In this document: in pieces, positions 39,101 through 52,799 of the stretch
How the letters are laid out: the number at the start of each line of letters is the position of its first letter
How positions within the stretch are numbered: position 1 is the first letter of the stretch
Origin: Raillietiella orientalis
Lineage: Eukaryota
Assembly (NCBI GenBank): GCA_036172245.1
Contig: JAYWIR010000019.1
Coordinates: 1,550,001 to 1,614,000 of the forward strand
Reading direction: 5' to 3'
DNA: 64,000 nucleotides
Notes under the pieces: generated by a model
What the model was told of the DNA's origin: nothing
What the model saw: the letters and a program-made list of their open reading frames with translations, nothing else
Databases searched by the model: none
Translations under genes and position numbers: made by a program

Positions 39101-42100
39101 TCCACTGGAACCGCCTTTTCCCCCTCTCCTCCCCTCCTCCCCCCCAGGTCGTGGATTCAGGCGGACTGATGCCTCGAAGAAGAGTCCCGATGGGAAAGGT
39201 TGCTCAGCAGGGTGGCCAGCGGGAGTGGACAAGCGGAATATCCTGGACGGGAGAGTGGGGTTTGGGAAACTGGGGTGGTTGCGACAGCTGATCCCAGGCA
39301 CCAGTGTGTGTGTGATGAGCAACACTCTTCGGGTGATCGAAATTTCGCACGCCCATGATCCCCGCCCCCCTTTTTTCTTTTCTTTTTCCCTTTTTTTCGA
39401 ATTTTGTTTGCGCCTGTATCAATCGATACACGCAGCCACCATGTTTGATGTCGTCTTCCGCTTCCTCCTCAAAGAACGAATGGTGAACGAATCGAACTTT
39501 TCCTCCAGAAGGAACCGTTTTCTGGATGATGCAGAAATTTCACGGGGCCAAAGGAAAAGGAACGTGAGGGTATCTTCAGCCTTCCTGGTGTCGTTCTACT
39601 CCCCATGGAACCCCAGACTTCCGCGAGGCTCCTCGTGGTTTTCCTTCCTCCCTTGGACGTGCTGCGCGAATCTTCGTGTGCAGCGAAACCTGTACAGTAC
39701 ATAATGTGGTGTCTTCTAAGCCTGATGCGCCTTATGGGCTTTTTTGTTTTCGTTAAAAATGGTTTGGCGGCGGTACACTTAACAAGGTGTTTGTGCATTT
39801 TTCCTTCCGTGGTGTTTTGTTTTCGTCCGCGTGGAGAAGAAAGGAGGGAAGGAAAATCCCAGCCTTCTAGCTCGCTCACCTGAACATCTGCCTCGATGGA
39901 CAGCTCGGAGTACTCCCGAATCCGCGCCAAACTCCTGCTGCTCCCGGAAGAGCTCAGGTTGCAAATGGCAGCAACGCGAGCGGTACTTTTCCCCGAAAAG
40001 AATCGAAAGGATTGGGAGCGCCTGACCGTCAGCAGAACTTTCCGAGGATAGGAACTTGATCTGAAGGACGTGCAAGGAAATCTCGAAAAAACACACACGT
40101 GCAAGGGGAGGAAAACCAAGAGTAGAGTGTGTGTGTGTGTCGGGGTGCAGCAGCAGCAGCAGTGCCAACGTCGGGAAGCCACGAGGTGCCTCCTTAACCT
40201 GTTGAAAGCCCTAGGCAAGGCAACCGTCGAATCGCGACGTTTTCGTGCCATCAAGTGCTTGCAGCTTCCGGTGTTTGCAGTTCGTCGCAGGAGCAAGGGG
40301 GGACGTTGAGGGATACTCGTGGGTATGGTCTAACGCCGGGAAACTCGGAAACTGGCGCGCGTAGGCAAAATGAAGATCCGTGATGATTCCGGGAGCGAGG
40401 AGCGCGACTTCGTTGGGAACGCGCCGGCTCCTTCCCCCGTCTATTCCTTGTTCGTCAGGAGGGGTGTGTCTCCTGGACCCGGCTGCCGGACTTCGGTTTA
40501 CGGGTCGAGAGATTTTTTTTCGGGATCGCTTTCGACCCGGCGCCACGCTTGCAGGAGGAGCGTTCGCCTTTCCCGTCTCGGAAAGTCCGGAGTGCTCCGC
40601 TCCGCCACGTGGACATGCGGACCGTACCGGAAGTACAAAAAATGGCAGCTGATACCGGCATCGCCAAGCCGGAGACCTCGTGTTTTTCCGATAATCTGAG
40701 CAGGCGAACCAGTGGAAACCAAACCGGTTTGGGGATGGCAGAGGGTAAACATTCTCTTGTTTACGGAGCTGCATTTGGTTCGTTTTGTGGTCATTAGCAC
40801 GTTGGCTGCCACCAGGTAAGGTGAAGCAGTCGCTCAGGGGAACAAAACGGAAAACAATCCCAAGCTCCACCACGAGCGGTTCATCATTTTTTGTTTACAA
40901 TGCGCCGCAGGCCGTTGACTATGATGTTACTTTATTGCTGCACTGGCAGCCGAAAAAGTGCGGACTCTTTCAGACGCACTGGGGCGCCTCTCGTGGCACT
41001 GGTGGAAAACCAGAGGAAGATCAGGGCGCGTACTCGCGGCAGCCGGAGAGTCAAGAGCGGATAGAGGAGGCCAGCGGCAGTTTGGGTCATCCTCGTTCCA
41101 GCGTGCTCTGCATGAGGCAGCGTGGCAGAGCAGTTGTCGCTGAAGACAGGCGGCACTCCGCACGAGCTTCGATCCGCGCCTTACCAAACTGGGAGGCTGC
41201 AGTTCATTGTGCATGCCCGGGTCCCCTTTCCACGATGGCCCCAGTCTCCGTTATCCGAGGAGCGAGTGGCTTGAGGAGATAGGTCCGGCTACCAGCACTC
41301 GCATCTTCATTAGCGGCGTAGCTACCGCGCTCACTGCCGTGGCGCTTAGATAGATGTATCACTTGTTTGCGGGCAGCATCCGAATTCCTATGAATATTTT
41401 AGCAAGCGCTTTCCTTATGAGAGCCAAAGGCCGTCATGCCCTTAAGACATCTGCAGGGCACTCTACGAAGAATGCGGACACAGTCCACAATAAAGGTCCC
41501 TTGCTGGTTGCTGCTGCTAGAATCCTTTCAAGCCTGGTAGTAGTTGCGATAGCATCAATCGAAAGAAACGATCCACGAACGATTTTCCGTTCCCATTCGA
41601 GGAGTTTGCCTGGAATCTTTTGCTTTCTTGACTTATTCGATCACCGACCAACTTCGGACCAGACTGACTAATGAGGCACCAGGCTAGAAGGTAGCCACAG
41701 ACGAATTCGTTTCGTGTTGCAGAGGACCGGTGAAGGATGGACACCTGTGTGTGTGTGCACCACTGAGACATGAAATCAACAAAAGATACGTAGCTCACCG
41801 CCTGTAGAACGTTTATTCGTTGCTGCGTCCTCAGACCTCCGTTTTCTTGACCTTTTCCCTTTTTGAGACTGGCAGATGAGGCAAGGGACGCAATGAGTGC
41901 AGGACCTGTGTGTGTATGTGGTGCATCCGGTGTTTCGGGTTCAGTGTCCACCAAAAACAAGGGAAAAGTCGGCTTGCTGGAGTCTCATTTGCTGCTTTTA
42001 TTTTCCTTGCCCAGTTCTACGTGGAGGAGCGCCCTTTTCGTGAAAGAAGTTTCCCCTGTGTTCATCAAGGGTCCCGCGCACTTTTGCCTTCGTTACCAGG

Positions 42101-45100
42101 TTGCTGAATCTGCGGAATGCAACCGTGGTTTTTGTGACGGTTCTCGAAATCCCCTCGTCAGATCACCTCTTCCCCTTCATATTTTGGATTCTCATAAATT
42201 CCTTCGACGTTTAGTGGGCATCTTTTCGGCTTCCTTTGCTGACCGCTCGCATGTGAGACTCTCTGCCTTGATGGTCCCACCCAAGCCTGATTCAGGGACG
42301 TTGGAGTGCTCGTCACTTTCAGAGCAGCTTTGACAGGCAGGGAGGCGGTCGAAAAGAGGTGTGGGCTGGACGAATCTTCCACCGTGCAGCTGCGCACAGC
42401 TACGTCCAGAACCCCGGAAGGATTCTGCTTCGTTCCCGAATGACTGTCTTTCGTTAGGCGAGGGTCAGGAGAACACCACCAGAGACAGGCGCAGGGATGT
42501 GGGATGCGTTTGCTGCTTCCTTGGTTCCGCCGTCGTCGTCACCTCTTTACCACAGCCTCCTCCTGCGCGGCTTTCCACTTGGAGAATGTCAACGCCGGAG
42601 CACCGCCGAGCTGTCAAAAATCCCCGCAATTTCTTACAGGGACGCGGGTGCACTTCTTCCGCTTCAAGTCACGGAGGAACTTTCGGGGGTTGGCTCAGAG
42701 TCGCCGTGCCTCTCTCTGCACGCTGGAGCGGTGCAGAAGTTCCCAAGAGTGATTGTGTGCTGCAGAAATCGTAACGAAGTCTGCATCTCGATCGATGAAA
42801 TGCGATGGAAGTAAAAGTTTTGAAAGACTTCTCTGGTAACCTACTTACCTCGCCTCAAGGAGCTCTTGGATTCTGTGTTTTTGAACTCATTTTATCGCCC
42901 AGTGCAGGAAGTTTTGGTAATGCCTTGCAGGAGTGTTGTTGGTCTTTTATTTTATTTTATTTTTTGTTTTTTTTTCCACCCCCCCTCTCCCTCCACTTCG
43001 GTGAGACCTCCGTGTTGCATCCAAGTGAAAAAGCTTAGCGGTTCGCTGCGTCTCGGCACCCCCCACGGAACCGCAGGATGCTTCCATTTTGCCTTCTCGA
43101 TAGCCGGAAACCCTTAGCAACCGTCTTTCACCGACCACTTCTCCTGGAAGTCGCAGTGATTTTTGCTCGTGGAGCGTGTTGAAGTCCAGCAGCCCTTCGT
43201 TTCCCTTCGGGCAGAAAGAGGGCAAGTGATGGGTACCTACGAGTTTATTTTAAAACCGACCCGTCCGATGTGAGTTTCATTTTCATTTTTTCTTCTTCTT
43301 CTTCTGTGTTTGTTTTATTTTCGCTTTAATTCGTCGCGACGCTCTAACAGCTCTATTTGTGCCCGTTCGTTGCTGATTGGTCACTTTGCGCTTCCATCGG
43401 CGCCTGATTGGCCCGTTCAAATTCGGCCGCTCCACCGCAGCCAGGGTCCCCGGCAACGCGCGTTCCGGAAGGTGAGAAACTTCCCCCAAAAGAGATCGAT
43501 GAGAGCGGCCCGAAGAAAATGCAGAGCTCGTGGTGCTCGTCCGTTTCTCTTTCGAATGCCATACGGAAAATAGTGATTGTGGGACATTCGTGTGCACCAA
43601 TCCTTCCGGCATGCGGCGCCCCGAGCATCCGTGCTGCTGCCGCCCTTGCAGTCTTGCGACCACGAGTGGCGGCAGCACTGCCATGCCTAGTACGGGTCTG
43701 CAAGGTTTGGTCCTCACCTTTCAGCGCCATCAAGTGGGTGCCGCCCCCACCAACCCTTCCCTCCCCTTTGGGAAAGGGTCGAACTTGAATTTTTCGTGCT
43801 GCTTCGACCTCAGCAGCTCTTGCGCCCTTCTTCGTGGCCTCGTTTCGCTTTCATCATCTCTCGTTCTTTGCGGATGGAACGGTGGTGCGTTTTTCCTTCC
43901 GCGTGTGCGCGCGCCGCCGTTGCTGCTGCGGTGGTAGGTGGTCGTTTCGGAATCTCGCGAGAATCTCTTGGCCGCGCTCCTTCTACGGCTTCGTGCGCCC
44001 GACCTACCACGGTTCCCTTCTCTGCTTCACGATCTTCGGAATGCTCCTCGAAGGACTCGCACCAAAGTTCATCGCTTCCCATGATCCAGCATCACTCCGT
44101 TCCGTCCCTGAAAGAATGTGTTGTTGGCACGAGAGATGCGCGTTGTGATAAGGCAGGCAGCGAAGTCGTTGAACAGCGTTACGAAACGGCCGTTTTTGCT
44201 GCCGTGGCTCTCGCCTCGTGAGGAAATCGAATTGCTTCCACTTCATAATTAATTGTGTGTGCTCCCGTATGACCAAATCTGTATGACCTTATTTTTAGGA
44301 GAGCAGCATTTTTGGGCAGGGGGGGCGGGAGGGAGGCTTTTTTTTTTTTCTCGAACGAAAGTTTCTTCAGATCTCAATTTATCATCCGTCACTCTGTTAG
44401 TGTAACACGCATGTCCACTTGTTTTGCAATTTTGCCGTCCATTCCGACGCCATCGATCATTGGATTTCCATTTTTGGAAGTGGTGCACGGAGGAGCAGCC
44501 CATTCCGTTCCTCCCAAGTATCGACGGCCCGTCGTTCCCTCTCGCAGGTCTTCGGGTCTTCTTCAGGGCTCTTCGCTCCCCGTGGAACCTTCGGACGGCC
44601 CGTCCTGCGTCCTGCAGCTTGGAATGCTATCGGGTGGCCGCTCGTAGATCCACCTGGACGTTTGCGTGGCGGTTTCTTGGATTATTGAACAGAGTCGCAT
44701 TCCCTTGAGGTCTGGGTGGTCGCCTGGCCTGCTGGCCGGATGGGGAGCGATTTTTCCCTCTTTTCTTCTTCTTCCCCACCGCTCTTCACTTTTTCCTTAC
44801 CGGAAGCATCGAGCGCTCTTGTCAGAAAGGTGGTGGTGCCTGGGAACCCGTCGTTTTCGATCAAAAGGCGTGCGTTTTCGCGGAAGCGACTCCATCTGGG
44901 AATGCTTCGTGCTTTCGTCTTCTTGCAGCTTCCGGTTTCCGACGCCAGGCATTCATCGGAGCGGGAAAGTGCCGCAAGATGCATCGGCTCCATCCGGTAA
45001 ATGAACCGCCTCTTCAGCATGTGGGATGAGTGCTTCCCCGCTTCCTCTGAAGGCCGTCTGCTGCCGAAAGAAGAAAACGCCGATCCCTTGATGATGCTTT

Positions 45101-47149
45101 CTTTTTCGCTTTCCGATCCCATCGCTTGGAAAAAGTTCGGGGTGTTTGGCCGCGCCCCAGTCAGCACGTCCACCGTGTGTGCTGTTTGAGGGAGGAACTT
45201 CGATGCGAAGATCATCAGATCACGAGATTGAAAACCTCCCGTTTCCGTCCTCGTTCTCCCCGCCACTCGGAAATTTCAGCGTCCTCGTCGCTTGAGGATG
45301 GGTAAGGGAATGTTTTTTTTTTTTTCTTTCCTAAAAAGAAAAGGAAAGAGCAAAGAACTGGACTGGACTGGACGTTGCTGCGAAAAGGATCGTCTTCGTG
45401 GTCAAGAGAATGCGCTGGAAAGGGGGAGGAGAAGAAAGGAGAGAGAGAGGAGGAGGAGGAATAGGAGGAGAAGAAGAAGAAGAAGAAGAAGAAAAAGGAC
45501 CTCTCGAACGTATGAGAAGATAGTTAAACGAGCAGCTTTTCCTAAACAAAAGATTCCAATTTCAGATTACACTCCAGAATTTATTGCTTCCAGTCTGCAT
45601 GGCGTGTTCTCTCTCCCGGTTAAGATCGATCTTTTGAAATAAAGCTTTTGTTTGACCCTTTCCCTCGTGTTTGCTCGCGCAGCACTTGCACAATCGACAC
45701 GAACACTTTGAATTGCATGCGGGAGATTGCTTTCCTTCCGCATGTGTTGAGGCGAAGCTGCAAAGGGCGAGGCAGAGACTTTGCAGGTTCTGACGGGAAG
45801 GAACGCGTTCCGAGCCCTGGTCGACCATAAAAGTCTGACAGCTTCGACCGGAATCCACGTCTCCATCCGGGCACGTAACGAGCTCCTCTCACCTCCAGTT
45901 ATGGGTACCCTGCGTGCGTCTTCTCTTCTCCCTAGGAAACTGCGGTTCCTCGATTTGGGGAAAGGAGAGCGGAATCCCCCCCCCCCCCCTTTTAAACTTG
46001 GTGCAGTTTCAGCTTACCGAGTTTACTCTTGCCGGCTCGCTCCTGGGCCTCACTTCCAAGTTGCATGCAACTTGCATAATAAATCTTTTTTTTTTTTTTT
46101 TTTTCAAGAAAAAAGAAGAAGAAGAAAGAAAAGAAAAGATAAGAGAAAACAAAAAAGCAAAAATGTGATCAAGAGCATTCATAGGTACAAAGGGACTGAC
46201 TGCTCAACGCACTGGAATGTGAACCCATAAATTTTCGTGCTTTGTTTCGTTGGATGCCCTCAATGCTCAAGTCAATCTGTCGTTAATGATGAACAAATGT
46301 TTGTTGATGATCCTGCTGCATGAAATGTCATGGTTTTCCACGAGATTCCGGGTAATGAGATTTCGCCTCGGTCGTGCCGGTAATGCGCATTTGAAGTCCT
46401 CAGGTTTTCCGGATGGCTCATGGTGAAAAAGAAAGGAAGAAGGCACAAACTGCTGCGAGAGCTTTGAGTCTTCTTGAGAAGGCGCTGCATTCTGCCGCAA
46501 TGGGGCCAGTCGGTCCACGTGCCTACTCGGACATGTACGTATGATGGAGCCAGCAGGATCCTGCACGGGATTGGCGTAGGTGAAGAAAAGCCTTTCGGCT
46601 GCTCGTCTCAACATTCGTAATTACCGGGATGATTCGTGGGAATAACCAGGAATGCCCATCGCACGATTCCGGTCAACCAACGCAGCTTTTCTTTTCTTTT
46701 CTTTTGTTTTCTTTTTTTTACTGAAGAGTCAGATCGAAGAGAACGAAAACCAAAGCCCCAGAGCAGAGACACAGAGAAAGAGTCCCACGGATGTGGTGGC
46801 TCCCCTGGCTGATGGGTGGGTGCCTTCCTTACCTTTCCCAAGTCTTCCCGCCGTCGCTGCCTTCAGTACCACGGGCGTCGGCGCGGAGGTGGCGAACAGT
46901 GCCCTCTCTTGAAAGTTTGCCCTACTCATTGTTGCGCGATGCGCGTCCTTTTTGTCTTCTGCGCTGAGAGCGCGTCTGGATGTACCGCACCGATACGACC
47001 AAGACACGCAACACCATCAAAGCGAACACACCAGAAGCACGTGTGGAACATAAATACACGGGAAATCGCGTACAGGCATACGTGAAGGTGACCTTTGCAG
47101 AAGCAGGTAACCACGAGGACTTTGGTTTTCTCCTTTCGGGAACTTGTTT

Positions 47150-49750
47150 GCAGCAGCTTTCGGTGGTTCGGTTGTTCCCCTTTTCCTCCTCCCCGCCCTT
47201 CCTGTTCGACTTTTGTTTTCGATGCATCCTTCCCTCTGTTTCGGAAAGGCACGCACGTCTCCCGAACGAGCTGCGCAGCAATCGTGCAGCATCGGCACGG
47301 ATTTCGGAAAAGGTTTCATACCATACCTTGGATTGGCTGTTCCTCACCATCGCTGGACTCCCATAAAATAGAAGCCGCGATCCACAACTTCCTCTCCAAA
47401 GGTCGGATCAGAGCCGGCAGCAGGGGATGCAGCCGACGCGAGCCGCCGGTGCTGCAGGTTATTCGTCTGGACAGGAGGTGACTGACTGAAGCCAAGAAGA
47501 AGCACTCTTGGCCTCTCCGGAGGGGCAGCCGAGGAAGAAGCATTCCCCGGAATCCCAGACTGGGCGAATGCATCCCCGGAGGGGACAGGAATCCGGGAGC
47601 AGAATCGGGAAGGCGCCTTGCCGACGGCGACCTACGAAGTGGCGGTTGGGAGGTGCCGGGTAAACCGTGCTTCCTGCACAAGAAGCACGGAATTTTCGAA
47701 TTTCCAGCGACCCCCAGGTACGGTGGCATTCTCGTGTGGACCACAGGAAGACCCACAAAAAAAAGTTTTGACCGAGTCTGGCTTGTAGGAATGTTCTCCG
47801 CCCTCCTCAGGTAAAAAGGGGGGGGGGGGATTTCTGATGCGTGAGCTCATTGCTGCCTTCGATCCGGTTTTTCTTGTTGTAGGGAAGACCTTTCAGGAAT
47901 GTGGATTTCTCATCTCCATCCTTTTCCTAGGAAAACCTCGTGACAGGATTGTGGAAGAAACTCCGGAGGGTGCGGGTCCATGTGTCGTGCAAATCGGGCG
48001 TGGGAGGAAAGGTGCAGATTTTGTTGTTGTTGTTGTTTTTACAGGAAGTAAGTAAATAAATCAGGATCGGTCACTGGCTGTTTGTACGGGAGAGACTCCT
48101 CCGAGTTGGGCGAGGATTTCGAACCGGAACAGGGCCAGCACTTCTCCGGTGTGACACGACCGTCTCCCCCTTTCCCCAACGTCTCGTTACGGAGCACACA
48201 TCTCAGGTTCGCTCCGGGATTTCGCACGTGTCGAAGGTTCTCCTTCCTGCCCACCTCGGGTGGTCGAAGGGCGGCCGGAAGGCGTGCAGGCTCCCAGGCA
48301 CGCCCGTTTCGGTGACGTCATTCGAGACGAAGCCGAGCAGGGGAGGCTGACCGTGCCGTCGTGCGCCGCGTGGGCTGCAGAGGGCGCTTGTGCATTGCTC
48401 GGACACCCGCTGTTTCTTGTACGTGTATGTACAGGGGGATCTCGAGGAAGTTCCCCTCCCCGAGTTCTTTTGAGGACTGCAAGGAATCCACTGCGACGAC
48501 CACGGAGCGGGCAAGAACGCACATGCGGCTCGACTCCATCCTCCCCCCCCCCCCTTTCCCTGCGGTCAACCTCGCCCGTGGGATTTGCCTCGCCTCGCCT
48601 CGTGGTAGCGGAAGACGAACGGTGCCTTGAAAAGGGCTGCTCCTCCCGTCCAAGATGACTGCGTTCATTAGCTCGGAGTCCCAAGTCCCGGTTGATGAAT
48701 GCCAGGGGCAAAGAGCGCCCGACGTGTTTCCCTCCGAAACAGCCCCACTCCCGAATCCAGATGGGACGGATTTCGCGTCCCCCCCCGTTCGCCGTGAGGA
48801 AGGGCGGAAGCGAGTCGGAGGCGAGCGCGTGTTGCTGGAAGCCAGCCGCCTCGGCCCGTCTTCGGGAATCGGACCTCCGATGGGCGCCCAGCGTCGCGGG
48901 ATGCCATTTTTCAAAGGAGCCGTGTTCGAAGAACGTCCTGCTCGCCCGCCTGCCTGCCCAGCGGGACCGTGGGCCGTCCAGGGCGACTCTGCCTGCGTAT
49001 CCCCCGGCGAGAAGTTCTACGAATTTCCGCAGATCCTTCCCCAGTCATCGCGGGGACATGGGAGTCGCATGGTCCCATTTTTGGTTCCCGTATAGGTGCA
49101 CTCACTGTGTGTGTGTGTTTTTCTGCGGATGGAAAATTCAAGAACGCGGCGCAGAAAGTAAAAGTCAACGCCCAAGGTCTGCCGTTTTAGGCGCTGCTCG
49201 CGAACCGAAACGAAAACTCGGGAAAACACACGCCGCCGCTCCGCGTGCCACGGCTTTCCCCAACTGCGCGCCGCCGTTGGGCGTTCCGTCAAAGCGGCGA
49301 CCCCACCAGGAACGCGCGCCTCCGGAAGGTGGAAGGCATTTCGAGGCTCACGGGAAAGGATGCTTCGTGTTGCGAACCGGGAGCCCTTCCCTCGGGGAGA
49401 CAGAAAGAGAGAGAGAATCTGGCGGGACTCCCTGTTTCGATGCAAATCGCTAACGGCGCACGGTGGGGCCGCGCCACTCACTCACTTTCGGGCCGTTCCC
49501 GGCGTGAATCGACCGGGCAAAGGGAGGGAGCCGGGTCTCGTCTCCTGCGCGGTCTCCACGTGCCTCTGCCTTGCTTTGCTTTACTGCGGGCAAAGCCGTC
49601 TCGACCGAGCGAAAGTGAAACGAGGGGGATGGAGGAGATGCTGCTGCGGTCGCGAGGAACAATCGCTCCGCCCGAGAGACTCACTCGGATGAAGAAAGCC
49701 ATTCCGGGCTGCTCGCAGTGGACGCGGAGCACCGGAAGCCGTCGAAAGCC
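47150..49750 (-). mobile_element. Highly decayed Ty3/Gypsy LTR-retrotransposon pol relic (RT-RNase H-integrase order)
   Basis: RT start GGAIVPRDRSSISSIPLVSLSLGRDG (~49640) and RNAFHLPE (~49335). Connection region KNGIPRRW...RRLASS (~48880). RNase H GDAKSVPSGFGSGAVSEG...PLAFINRDL (~48700-48780) and FLEIPLYI (~48435). Integrase-like PCFLCRK (~47680), RRITCSTGG (~47460) and ESSDGEEQP (cf. PQSNGQAER, ~47350). No LTRs were identified. Confidence 0.55.
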
Positions 49751-51419
49751 AAGCCCCGTGATGAATCCCGTCGCGCGCGCGGTTTCCAGTTGGCGCCGCA
49801 ACCCTCCCGCGTGGCTTGCGCCTGCTTGGCACCCAGCAGGGACACGGGGGGGGGGGGGGAGAGCGGCAGGCCCTGTCGAAGCGCCGGCGACCACTATGGA
49901 CTTACGTCAGTCAGGAGACCGTCGTTCGGCGCAACGTACGGATCCGGGGGGTGAGGCTGCGGAGGCAGACGCATCCATCAGGGAAGGGAGCCGTGCGGTG
50001 ACTCCGGCCGAAGCCCACTTTGCGTTCGGAAATCGGGACCCCCGGGATTCCTGGCGCTTTCGCAACTGCACGTGAAGAGTCGGGTGCGGCGGGCAATGGA
50101 ACGAATCGGTGCGTTCGGAGTGAGCACCGTGCGAGCAACACGTTCAGCTCCGCTCGCCATGCAATGGCGGCTCGCACTGCACAGCAGGCAGGCGGTGGTC
50201 CGCGCGCGAGCCACCTCGCAGGAAGCTCTTCAGTCGCAATACGGCGCCGTTGAATTTCGGCATCCCGGCGAACAACTGCGAGTCCATTGCGCGCATCTTG
50301 CGCGGCGCAGCATCCTCGCGAGCGCTCGGAACAGGCGCTGCGAACCCGAAGAAGCGTTTTCGGAAACGGAAACGCACACACACACGCACACGCACGCACA
50401 CACACAGTTCGTGCGAGTCCGCGGTGAAAGTGACGTGCGTTGCAGATGGCGCGCGGCGAGGGGATGCTGCTGCTGAGATGAATCCTTTTCGCTCTTCCTG
50501 CCCTCCTCCTCCTGCACGTGAAAAGAAATTCCAGCGCGACGCAGCCACAGGATGTGCGAGGCGGATTGCAAAACGGACGGATCCTCGATTGCACAAAGCG
50601 AGCGTCGGTGGTAAAAGTAGCCAACCTGGGCCGGCCGCGGAGGCTGGGGCTCCCCATCCGCCGCGCACATGGAAACGCGGTGAGCTACCGTTGCACACAC
50701 CGCGTTTCCGGTGCTCCCTCTGTGGGGGTGGGGAACCGTTCCTCTGCAGAGCGCAGCGGAGTTGCTGCCCGGTTGCTGTCGTTTTCCAGAGCCAAGGCGG
50801 TCCTTCGGTGGCTGTTGCCCCGTGGGCTTCCTCGGGCACCCGGTGGCTCGGGCGTGATCCGGCGGTTGCGAAATTCGATCCGGGTGTTCCGTATCCTCAG
50901 TAGGCGCGCGTGCAAAGGGGGGAGGAGAGGGGAAAGAAGCCTTTCCTCTGGCAGGTGTATGTATGTGTGTGTGCGTGTAGGAGGCATCATCACAACCTCT
51001 CAGACACGCAGCGATTTTGCGAAGATAAGGGTGTGCTTTCTTAATACACTGAAGTACTGAAAAAGGAACTCACGACCGCCGAGGCCTGTTAAGCAGTGCT
51101 TCTTTATTCTTGTGCGCTTGAGCGCAGAGTGCTTATCTCCAAACAGGAGGCAATGAATGATTCAGCGGGCGAAACCCTTTCGTGATCCAAGTGGCATATG
51201 ATGCCTGCCTTGCCCCCTTTAAAATTTAAATCAAGTCCCAACCCGACCTCTGTTTTTTTTTTTTTTTTTTTTCGGGCCCATAACTCAGGATGAGATTCCG
51301 AAGCGTTCTCGGTGGGCAGGGGAGGTGTGACTTGCAAAGAGATCAGAGAGTACTGATTGACTTTGCGATTGCCCAAGCCTTTGTGATTCTAGAGGTTCCA
51401 TTGCGAGAGCAGGTGCCGA

Positions 51420-51800
51420 GCTGAGATCCGAAAAGCAGACTGCAGAGATGGCCTGCAGCCATCCGGAACCATGTCTCACCCTTGCAGACAACAGCCATCG
51501 GTCCACGCGCCATACGACCAGCCTTCGGCGCCGCTCGCCACCACGCATTTGGACAAATCCTTATTTGCTTCCAGTTTTCGACTGTTCTTCGACTGTAGGG
51601 GATGAAATAAGATTCCCACCGTAGGGGATTCTGCGCTCGGGTTCCTCCATGAATTTGAAGAACGTTTTCTTACCCATCCTTTTCGGTATTATGTTCCCCA
51701 AAGTTACTCGGTCAGAAACTTGTCCCCAGCGTGGCTGACTCACCGCGATGTCACCATAAACCTGAAGATGGTGACATCGTTTGAAGCAACGATTGACGGC
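51420..51800 (+). mobile_element. Decayed Penelope-like element 3' end (GIY-YIG C-terminus) followed by a hairpin containing CTGAAGA
   Basis: HLDKSLFA...VGDEIRF..GIL and FLTHPFRY...RNLSPAW resemble the PLE endonuclease tail DKSAVAEH...GH.I.F...IL...HP.NFNR.G..LS.AW. A perfect 12-bp stem CGATGTCACCAT/ATGGTGACATCG lies at 51746-51779. Confidence 0.45.
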
Positions 51801-52117
51801 TCACAAGAAATCAGATTACCCAACTTTGTATACATGGCCGTTCGCCCAGGCGACCTCTGGTTTCCCCCTTGGGAGCTCCGCTGGTGTCTCACCTCCTTGG
51901 AAAGGTAGAAATGGATGGGATTCTGTCGAAAGAATCCTTCAGCAATTTCCCGCTGTGCAAATTGAGCTTCCTTAGGCGTTTGCGCAAAGTTTCAAACACC
52001 AATCAAAGACACGTGCAACTGAGGAAGAAAGAAAAATGGATTTCAAAAAATGTGCTCTTCCGGGGACAGGGAAAACAAAAAAAAAAAATTAGAAAAGTGA
52101 ATCACGCATGTATTTTC

Positions 52118-52148
<31 letters not shown>

Positions 52149-52177
52149 CCCTCCAGATATTCAAAATCCATTTCAAC

Positions 52178-52386
52178 GTCGACACTGATGGACATTCAGT
52201 CCATGAATCCGATTCGTGCACGCACATGGCAGCGCATCAGTCACTGCAACCCGGCGATGCGGTCCCTCCAAAAAGACGGAATCGTGGGGCGTGGTCAGGC
52301 CGCAACGATTCCGAAAAGAGCGGTAGCGTGTACAGGAAGGGGAAACCGGGCGGGTGCTCCAGATCGTACGTGAATACGGGACGGAC
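52178..52386 (+). repeat. Left arm of a 209-bp perfect inverted repeat (partner 54610-54818)
   Basis: Base-by-base reverse complement of 54610-54818. Similarity continues with mismatches for about 50 bp on the inner side. Confidence 0.95.
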
Positions 52387-52799
52387 CCCAGAGTTGTACA
52401 GCCGTGCGTGCACCCTTCCTCTCCACATCACACATGCACTGCTTTCCACGCCTCGGATTCCTCGGGAGAGAGAAAAAAAAAAATAAAGAATTTCTGCATC
52501 GTATTCGAAATACGAATTCGCCTGGGAATTTATGGTACACAATTTACGATGAGCGCAGGAGCATTTTTTTTTTTTTTGCCTTTCCAATTTTAATGTTCGT
52601 TCCTTCCCTTTGACTTTTTGAAGTTTTAACAGCGTCTTTCTGCTTGAAATTCCCAAGCCTATATTTCATCGCTAAACCTTTATTTTACTACACCGATCAC
52701 TCTTTCTAAACCTGTACTTTATAAATTTATTCGTCATGTGTTTTTTCTTTCTTTCTTTCTTCCTCCTCTTCTTCTGCTGTGAATCTTCATTTCTACTTA

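Noticed and set aside
41354..41671. ORF with RILSSLVVVAIASIER resembling a hAT C-terminus
   Set aside because: Only one weak motif is present and the diagnostic ERSFS is absent.
42900..45270. Possible decayed RTE-type LINE on the minus strand (DLMIFASKF, LWCESFEE, AFSSGRS)
   Set aside because: The motif resemblance is too weak and there is no recognisable YADD. It needs a frameshift-aware search.
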